Assembly: GCA_046760465.1 (NCBI GenBank)
Contig: JBHIEF010000003.1
Span: 1 to 42,738 of the forward strand
Source of the DNA: Armatimonadota bacterium
GTDB lineage: Bacteria > Armatimonadota > Zipacnadia > JAUWAU01 > JBHIEF01
DNA: 42,738 nt
Reading direction: 5' to 3'
A model generated the notes under the pieces. The model did not search any database. It was not told where the DNA came from and saw nothing but the letters and a program-made list of their open reading frames with translations. A program made the position numbers and the translations under genes. Positions 36,221 through 42,738 of the stretch are shown one piece after another (position 1 is the first letter of the stretch; every line of letters starts with the position of its first letter).

Positions 36221-37513
36221 ATGTCCAAGATCACGATGATCGGCGCCGGCAGCGTTGTGTTCACCAAGAACCTGCTCGGCGACATACTCAGCTTCCCCGA
36301 GCTGGCTGGGTCAACCGTCGCCCTCATGGACATTGACCCGGAGCGGCTGCGCGTGGCCGAGGCTATGGCCCACAAAGTCGCGGCGGCCGTGGGCGCGCAA
36401 CCCACCGTCTCTTCACATGCCGACCGCCGGGAGGCCCTGGACGGCGCAGACTACGTCATCAACATGATCCAGGTCGGCGGCTTCGAGGCCACCAAGATAG
36501 ACTTTGACATCCCGAAGAGATATGGCCTTCGGCAGACCATCGCCGACACCCTGGGCATCGGCGGCATCTTCCGAGCCCTGCGTACGATCCCCGTCATGGT
36601 GGACATCTGCCGTGACATGGAGGAGCTCTGCCCCAGTGCGCTGTTCCTCAACTACGTCAACCCCCTGGCCATGAACACCTGGGCTGTGCTCAAGGCCACC
36701 GACATCCGCGCGGTCGGTCTATGCCACAGCGTTCAGGGCACGGCGCACCAGCTCGCCCGCTACATAGGTGTGCCCGCGGACGAGGTGGACTACTTGGTTG
36801 CGGGCATCAACCACATGGCCTTCATCCTCAAGTTCGAGCGCAGCGGCGAGGATCTGTATCCCAGGCTCAGGGAGGCCCTCGACGACGAGGAGACCTTCGG
36901 TCGGGATCGCGTTCGCTTCGAGGCCATGCGGCAATACGGCTACTTCCCCACCGAGTCCAGCGAGCACTTCGCCGAATACGTGCCGCACTTCATCCGCCGC
37001 GACCGGCCGGACCTGATAGAGCGCTATGCCGTGCCGTTGGACGAGTATATTCGCCGCTGCATCAACCAGAACGAGTGGTGGGGGAAGATGCGCGACCGCT
37101 TGGCCAGTGACGAGCCAGTGGAGGTGCGTCGGAGCGCCGAGTACGGCTCCCTCATCATCCACTCCGAGGTCACGAGGACGCCGCGAGTCGTCTACGGCAA
37201 CGTGCTCAACACGGGCCTCATCCCCAACTTGCCCGAGGGGTGTTGCGTGGAGGTGCCCTGTCTGGTGGACGGCAATGGCGTCCAGCCCTGCCACGTCGGA
37301 CCACTGCCGCCTCAGTTGGCTGGGCTGATTCGGACCAACGTGAGCGTGCAGGAGCTGACCGTTGAGGCGTGCCTGACGGGTCGCAGGGACCACGTGTATC
37401 ACGCCGCCCTTCTCGACCCGCTCACCCGAGCCGAGCTCACCATCGAGGAGATCCGCAACCTCGTAGACGACCTCATCGAGGCCCACGGCGCTGCGCTCCC
37501 CGAGCTTGGCTAG
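36221..37513 (+). CDS. melA: GH4 NAD+/Mn2+-dependent alpha-galactosidase/alpha-glucosidase
   Basis: KI..IGAGS..F, QT.ADT.G.GG.FR.LRT, NY.NP, GLCHSVQ, GINH, TESSEH.AEY, VEVPC.VD, LDP.T. AGGAGG before ATG. Symbol reflects family resemblance; specificity not determinable. Confidence 0.9.
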   Translation: MSKITMIGAGSVVFTKNLLGDILSFPELAGSTVALMDIDPERLRVAEAMAHKVAAAVGAQPTVSSHADRREALDGADYVINMIQVGGFEATKIDFDIPKRYGLRQTIADTLGIGGIFRALRTIPVMVDICRDMEELCPSALFLNYVNPLAMNTWAVLKATDIRAVGLCHSVQGTAHQLARYIGVPADEVDYLVAGINHMAFILKFERSGEDLYPRLREALDDEETFGRDRVRFEAMRQYGYFPTESSEHFAEYVPHFIRRDRPDLIERYAVPLDEYIRRCINQNEWWGKMRDRLASDEPVEVRRSAEYGSLIIHSEVTRTPRVVYGNVLNTGLIPNLPEGCCVEVPCLVDGNGVQPCHVGPLPPQLAGLIRTNVSVQELTVEACLTGRRDHVYHAALLDPLTRAELTIEEIRNLVDDLIEAHGAALPELG

Positions 37514-37755
37514 GTGGCGCCCGTTCGGAGGGACACCAGGGGACGATCCAGTGCCGCTTCGGCGTCATGCGCTCCGAGCCGTCCCCAGCCCCTGTCCGGC
37601 CCACCTCCGGGCCGCGCAGCTACTCGCATCAGAAGGAGGATCGCACCTCGCGGGCGAAACGGGGCATACAGACCATGCGGGCGACCCCTGAATCGCCGGG
37701 GGCGTGGTGGCGCCAGGCCAGTGAGACGGGCGGACAAGACGGGAGGAGATCTCGT

Positions 37756-38667
37756 ATGCAGGACGATGCGGGCACCACCACTGAGCGCCTCTTAATAGGG
37801 CGTCTGGCCAGCCAGCGTTGCTGGACACTGGCGGCAACGGCCTTAGTGCTGCTGACTGCCGGGCTGCCCGCCCTTGCGCAGCCGACCTTCCCCACCACCG
37901 GTTATCTACCCATACTGGTGGACCCGGAGGAGCCCGCCATCGCCGACAAGCTCGATATAATCGCGGTTAGTTACCAGGCCGACGCGACCTACGCCTACTT
38001 CGAGCTCACGGTACAGGACGGCGCGAAGCAGGGCATTAGCCTGGCGAGCGAACGCTTCTACCTGTACATTGACCTCGACGACGACGGTCTGGCGGATCGC
38101 TTGCTGCGCAACACCTCGGCCAACAACTCTACTCTAGACTCGTGGAATGGCACGCAGTGGGTGACTTTCGCGTCGGCCTGGGCCGAGGATCCGAACGACA
38201 CGCCCGACGACCACGTGTATTTTGCCTGCTACATTGCCGACATCGGCTTCGGCGACTTCACCCTGGTAGCCAGTGCTCAGGATCAACCTAGCTTCGATCC
38301 GACTATACGCGACCCCAACAACGATCCCGACATGGACGAGGTAACCGGCGACAGCTCCAACCCCTCGCCCGTGGTCGTCAGTGACTTCAGGGTCGAGCAT
38401 GCTGTCGGGCGGCTGACCTTCAGTTGGCGAGCGGGGGCCGACGCGGACGTTGCGGGCTTCAACCTCTATGTGATTGGCGGGGATGGACAGGGACGGTCCA
38501 GGCTCAACCAGCCTCTAGTGCGCGTGCGCTCTGCGCTCACCCAATCCAGCTACACGTTCGTTTGCGCCGGCGAGGACCTCGGCCCGGAGACGTACGAGCT
38601 CGAGGCCGTTGGCCTAGATGGCAGCACCAAGACTGCCGTAATCGCCGCCTCTGGCGATGGCGACTAG
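37756..38667 (+). CDS. Exported acidic hypothetical protein with DxDxDG motif and C-terminal FN3-like domain
   Basis: GGAGGAG before ATG 37756; signal ends ALA-Q; YIDLDDDG; C-terminal P.V..F....F.W......GFNLY....RLN...Y.F...Y.LE.V..DG. Confidence 0.65.
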   Translation: MQDDAGTTTERLLIGRLASQRCWTLAATALVLLTAGLPALAQPTFPTTGYLPILVDPEEPAIADKLDIIAVSYQADATYAYFELTVQDGAKQGISLASERFYLYIDLDDDGLADRLLRNTSANNSTLDSWNGTQWVTFASAWAEDPNDTPDDHVYFACYIADIGFGDFTLVASAQDQPSFDPTIRDPNNDPDMDEVTGDSSNPSPVVVSDFRVEHAVGRLTFSWRAGADADVAGFNLYVIGGDGQGRSRLNQPLVRVRSALTQSSYTFVCAGEDLGPETYELEAVGLDGSTKTAVIAASGDGD

Positions 38668-38739
38668 CCACGTTGAGGGCTTGCCTCGGCCAAGCCGGTG
38701 AGCACAGGTCAGCCGGCCGCGCGGCGGAGCGGAAGGCAG

Positions 38740-39780
38740 CTAGCCCGGCGCGGCGTACTGCCCGTATGCGTATGCCTCGTCGTACATCCCAATGACGTTC
38801 TCTGGCGGGAACTCGTCGAGCATGAGGTCGTGGCTGGCGGCCAGGCAGAAGCCGCCGCCCGGGGCCATCGTGTTGATGACGCGGCGCACCTCAGCGCGGA
38901 CCTCCTCCTCCGTGCCGTGTGGCAGCACGTGCTGGTGGTCCACACAGCCGTGGAAGGTCAACTCGGCGCCGAACTCCGCCTTCAGCTTTGCCAGGTCCAT
39001 GCCCTTGGCCCGCCCCTGGACTGGGTTGAGCGCGTCCACCCCCAACTTGCACAGGTCCGGGATGATCTCCCGGACGGCGCCGCAGGAATGGAACATGGTC
39101 TTGAGGCCCGCCTGTCGGCCCAGAGCAACGAACCGCCCAATCTGCGGGCGACAGTAACGTCGCCAGTGCTCAGGCGAGATCAGCAGTGCCTCCTGACTGC
39201 CGAAGTCGTCCCCGAAGAAGAAGATGTCCAGTAGATCGCCGACCTGCTCAAAGAAACGGGTGGCCAGCTCGTAATAGAAGTCGCTGACCTTGCCTACGAC
39301 CGCCTGCATCACCTCCGGGTGCGAGTGCATCTTCGCGAAGAACTCCGCCATGCCGACGAGCTCGGTTGCGTCGGTGAACACGACCACCCACGGGCCGCCG
39401 ATGATGGCGTAGTCACGCCAGGCCTCGCACTGCTCACGCAGGCCCCGGAAGTCAAACCAGTCTGCCGAGGGCCAGCCCTCGTACGCTTCGACCTGTTCGA
39501 CCGTCTCGACCCCGGCCAGCGGATGAGAGAGCGGCTGCCCGTAGTAGGACCCGCCACGCTCGACCCCCCACATATTGCAGTTGCCGAGAGGCGGTCCTAC
39601 GTAACGTTCCCGGACGCGGCGGAAGTCAATCAGCAGGCGCTGCATCAGCGCCTCCTCATCGGCCACGCCGCACCTCTCGACCAGACGGGCCGTTAGCCCC
39701 TCCGAGGCGCCATACCACAGGGGCACCCGGTCGGGTTCACGGTGTTCGAACGCTTCCAGCACACGCTCCTTGCTGGTCAT
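38740..39780 (-). CDS. Uroporphyrinogen decarboxylase / MtaA-CmuA family protein
   Basis: MTSKERV..A......DRVP, GDD.G.Q..L.ISP, HSCG, G.D..NP.Q, G.VD.Q..L..GT.EEV, GG...A.SH, P.EN. Confidence 0.88.
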   Translation of the reverse strand: MTSKERVLEAFEHREPDRVPLWYGASEGLTARLVERCGVADEEALMQRLLIDFRRVRERYVGPPLGNCNMWGVERGGSYYGQPLSHPLAGVETVEQVEAYEGWPSADWFDFRGLREQCEAWRDYAIIGGPWVVVFTDATELVGMAEFFAKMHSHPEVMQAVVGKVSDFYYELATRFFEQVGDLLDIFFFGDDFGSQEALLISPEHWRRYCRPQIGRFVALGRQAGLKTMFHSCGAVREIIPDLCKLGVDALNPVQGRAKGMDLAKLKAEFGAELTFHGCVDHQHVLPHGTEEEVRAEVRRVINTMAPGGGFCLAASHDLMLDEFPPENVIGMYDEAYAYGQYAAPG

Positions 39781-39902
39781 GGCAGAATGGCCTGCTCATC
39801 GCGGGGCGAACGCCGCCGCATGGTCCGCTCAAGATGTAGGGCTGCTGGCGACGGGAGTCACCCACACTTGGTCGGGACAGGGTCTGCTCTCGCGCAAGGC
39901 AG

Positions 39903-39939
39903 GGACGCCCGAGCGGCACGCAGAGCCGCTCGGGCGTCC
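39903..39939 (-). terminator. Perfect 15-bp hairpin after the HEAT gene (terminator-like or 3' stabiliser)
   Basis: GGACGCCCGAGCGGC-ACGCAGA-GCCGCTCGGGCGTCC, 30 nt past the stop at 39970; lacks a U-tract. Confidence 0.55.
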
Positions 39940-39969
39940 GTCAACCGGCACATACTGCGTGTGGCCCGT

Positions 39970-42078
39970 CTACAGCCCGGCCAGGATGTCTTGGGCGTCC
40001 TTGCGCACCTGTTCGGCCTTGGCGTGCTCCAGCACGGCCTCCATCGCTTGCCTTATCTTGTCCTTGTCTCGGCCTTTCATCCCCCGCGCGGTCCGCACGG
40101 CCAGCCGACCGGCTGCGTTGGCGAGTTCAGGATTGGGGAGATACGAGACTAGGGCCATCAGCGCCTCGGCGTTGTTCAGCTTGCTGATGCTGTCGAGGAC
40201 CGACCTCTTCTCCTCCACGGTTCTCGCCGCACCCATCGCCTCGCCGAGCATCGCCAGTTTCGCCTGGTTGTCCCTCTTCTGCTCGGCCATCCGCACGTAC
40301 CCCCGTAGCGCCAGTCCGTGATGATCCGCGTTATCCGTCGTCTTGGCGATCTCGAGTAGCTGCGCCGCCGGCCGGTCATTGGGGAACTCGGAGAGGGCGC
40401 GCATGGCTGTGTCACGCACCTCGGCGTTGCCGTCCTCCAAGGCCGTCACCAGCACCTCGACTGAAGCCGCCGCGCCGATTCGGCCCGCCGCACGCAGCAC
40501 CAGGCACTGCGGGCCGACTTCGCCGGCAGTCACCGCAGGTAGCAGGGGCGCCACTCGCTGCTCCTCGTTGGGAATCCGCAGGCAGGTTGCGACGAGGGCA
40601 TCTTCCAGGGCCTTGAGCTCCTCAGCATCTGTTGCCTTGGGCAGGAGCCCCACTAGGCGCGGCGCGTAGGTGCCATCTGCCACCACGGCGAGCGTCCGAA
40701 GGGCCTTGACGCGCACGGCCACATCGCGGTCGCTTGCCAACCGCAGCGCTGGTTCTGCGCCTTCGCTCGCGTGCCGCTCGGCGAGGACGTCGAGGATGAT
40801 CATGCGGCTGTCCGAGGCATCTGGACCATCAGCCACGCGGGACAAGCCATCCGCGAGCGCCCTGTTCACCTGGTCGCCCGGCGCAGTCAGCAGGGCCGTC
40901 CACAGGACCCGTGACACTTGGGGGTCGTCGCCGGGCAGGGCCGCAATTAGCAGGGGAATGCTCTGCTCCCGCCCGAGCGGCCCCAGGGACGACATGGCCA
41001 TCAGCCGGACGCCAGCGTCGTCGTCCTCCATGGCAGACGCGACCGCTGGGAATGCCGTCGCGTCCCCGCGTCGTCCCAGCACGTGCACAATCGCCGCACG
41101 CATGGCCGCGCCCTCAGCCTTCAGCCTTCGTACCAGGTTGGCGGTTGCCTCCGAGCTGAGGCGCAGTGCCAACCCCTCCGCCACCGCGTATCGCGTCTGG
41201 GGTGCGGCCTCGTCACCCAGGGCCCTCCATATGCCTCGATATGCGCGGAGCGCTGCCTCTTCCGCGCCGGCCTGCCCAAGGTTGTTGGCCAGTACGAAGC
41301 AGGCCTCGGCGATCTGCACTCTCTCGTACCCCTCCGAAGCCTCCAGCGCGCGCACTAGTGGCTGGACGGCCCGCGGGTCCCCAATCTTGCCCAGAGCGGC
41401 AGCCGCTGCCACGCGGGCCTCTCCGCCGCCCTCGTTCAGGATCCGGATCAGAGCCGGAGTTGACCTGGCGTGCCTCAGTTCACCCAGGCCCTGGATGATC
41501 GCCAGGCGGTTCCTGCCCCGGGCCTTCGGCAGGGCCTTGGCCAACGGCGGCGCCGCCTGCTCGCCCAAGGCCACCAGAGCCAGAACCGCGTCCATGCAGA
41601 GCGCCTCGTCAGACAGGAGGCCACCGAGGGCGCCTACAGCCCGCTGCTCGCCCAGGAACTGCAACTCCTGGACTACGAAGCGCTTGACCTCTGTGGGTGT
41701 CCGGCCCTTCAACGTCGAGATCAGCGCGTCTCCCAACATGCGGCGCTCGGCATCGGCCCCCGGCCGGCCCACGTGGATGGCCAGGCCATGGAGCACGTAC
41801 CGAGCCTTGTAGTCCTCCCCTTGACCGGGCTCGACCAGCATGCCAATGAGCTCCAGGAGGCTGCCTTGGCCGCCCTTCAGGAGTGCCTCATAGACCCTCT
41901 GCGCCTCTTCCGGAGCTGGCCCGGTATACTTGCCGTCGGGGTCGGCATCGGGCATCTCGTTCACCAGGGCAGCCACGTCTGGCTGTGCCGTCGCCGCGTG
42001 GGGCAGAACGGCCAAGGCCGCAACGCCGCACATAGTGGCGATGGACAGTATCGCCCAGTATGACTCTGTTCTCTTCAT
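39970..42078 (-). CDS. Exported HEAT-repeat (alpha-solenoid) protein
   Basis: Many repeats of type R.AA..ALG.IGD..AV..L; signal peptide ending ATA-Q; GGAGG upstream; 24 nt downstream of the oxidoreductase stop. Confidence 0.85.
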   Translation of the reverse strand: MKRTESYWAILSIATMCGVAALAVLPHAATAQPDVAALVNEMPDADPDGKYTGPAPEEAQRVYEALLKGGQGSLLELIGMLVEPGQGEDYKARYVLHGLAIHVGRPGADAERRMLGDALISTLKGRTPTEVKRFVVQELQFLGEQRAVGALGGLLSDEALCMDAVLALVALGEQAAPPLAKALPKARGRNRLAIIQGLGELRHARSTPALIRILNEGGGEARVAAAAALGKIGDPRAVQPLVRALEASEGYERVQIAEACFVLANNLGQAGAEEAALRAYRGIWRALGDEAAPQTRYAVAEGLALRLSSEATANLVRRLKAEGAAMRAAIVHVLGRRGDATAFPAVASAMEDDDAGVRLMAMSSLGPLGREQSIPLLIAALPGDDPQVSRVLWTALLTAPGDQVNRALADGLSRVADGPDASDSRMIILDVLAERHASEGAEPALRLASDRDVAVRVKALRTLAVVADGTYAPRLVGLLPKATDAEELKALEDALVATCLRIPNEEQRVAPLLPAVTAGEVGPQCLVLRAAGRIGAAASVEVLVTALEDGNAEVRDTAMRALSEFPNDRPAAQLLEIAKTTDNADHHGLALRGYVRMAEQKRDNQAKLAMLGEAMGAARTVEEKRSVLDSISKLNNAEALMALVSYLPNPELANAAGRLAVRTARGMKGRDKDKIRQAMEAVLEHAKAEQVRKDAQDILAGL

Positions 42079-42102
42079 TGGCTTCCTCCAGGCGCCATTG
42101 CC

Positions 42103-42678
42103 TCACAAGTGCCACGGGGCACGCATGGGCTGGTTTACCAGGCGGTTGGCCTCCTCATCGCCGATGATCTCTTCCTTGACTGGGTCGTAGCGGATCTTGC
42201 GCCCAACACGAATGGATATGTTCGCCAGATGCAGTATGGTGGCACTACGGTGCGCGGCCTCGGCGGACCCGCCGGTCTTCTGACGCGTCTTGACCGCTTC
42301 TGGGAAGCTCGGCCACGGCTCGGGATCGGGCATGGCCAGCACCTTCTTCTGGCTCTCCTCGTCCAGGTCGCTGAGGCTGACTTCGCGCGCCTCCTTGCGG
42401 TTGTATCCCTCGCCCCACTCGCCGCTGTCCATGACGAACGTCATGCCATCAGCGTACCGCAGCTCCACCCAACCCCACATGCCGCAGGCCTCCGGGTGGG
42501 CCGGCGGCGCGTAGGACTCCACCTCTACGGCGCTGGTGTTGTCCTTGCCGTACTTCCACTGAACCGGATCGAAGTGATGCTGCCCCATGTCGGCCAGGCC
42601 GCCGCCCTCGTAGTCCCAGTAGCCGCGGTGGGTGCCGCCGAAACGGTGGCGGTGAAACGGCCGAAGCGGCGCCGGACC
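42103..42678 (-). CDS. Gfo/Idh/MocA family oxidoreductase, C-terminal part (5' truncated)
   Basis: The frame upstream of the listed Met reads GPAPLRPFH..RF..THRGYWDYEGGGLADMGQHHFD; C-terminus AHRS....HL.NI..R.GR...DP..E....D.EAN.....R.PW. Confidence 0.85.
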   Translation of the reverse strand, partial: GPAPLRPFHRHRFGGTHRGYWDYEGGGLADMGQHHFDPVQWKYGKDNTSAVEVESYAPPAHPEACGMWGWVELRYADGMTFVMDSGEWGEGYNRKEAREVSLSDLDEESQKKVLAMPDPEPWPSFPEAVKTRQKTGGSAEAAHRSATILHLANISIRVGRKIRYDPVKEEIIGDEEANRLVNQPMRAPWHL

Positions 42679-42738
42679 ACGGGAAGCCCCTCCTCCGAGA
42701 GGAGGGCGCCGCTCCCCCCGCCGAAGTAGAGCAATTTT

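Noticed and set aside
38740-39780. hemE gene symbol
   Set aside because: Lacks the HemE MRQAGR motif and has no tetrapyrrole-pathway neighbours.
1-42738. CRISPR array, tRNA/rRNA, transposase, prophage or defence system
   Set aside because: No regularly spaced direct repeats, RNA-gene signatures or diagnostic protein motifs seen by eye; nearly all space is filled by metabolic CDSs.

Overview
High-GC (about two-thirds by eye) bacterial chromosomal segment, densely coding, with 27 plausible CDSs (the last truncated at the right edge). I found no rRNA, tRNA, CRISPR array, transposase, integrase or phage gene. The content is dominated by exported or periplasmic catabolic enzymes of poorly characterised families: three DUF1080 genes (5 domains), a Gfo/Idh/MocA fragment followed by a HEAT-repeat gene, a GH4 glycosidase, Tat-signal aldo/keto reductase, sulfatase and enolase-superfamily enzymes, a sulfatase-fold protein with Thr at the nucleophile position, a dihaem HzsA-like/FGE-fold fusion, a DUF6288-like protein coupled to a HEAT protein, two tail-to-tail PHP metallohydrolases, two UROD-fold proteins, an S9 peptidase, a PAC2-family protein and a DUF6785-like membrane protein. 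This repertoire suggests an Armatimonadota- or PVC-like diderm heterotroph (inference only). All family calls come from motif recognition by eye, not from database searches. I cannot demonstrate a new biological system. The best candidates are (i) the haem-c/FGE-fold protein + sulfatase + Thr-sulfatase + Tat-enolase gene run at 19.2-31.3 kb, (ii) a possible dual translation start giving exported and cytosolic forms of the enolase-family enzyme, and (iii) a structured leader with a small upstream ORF in front of the DUF6785-like gene.
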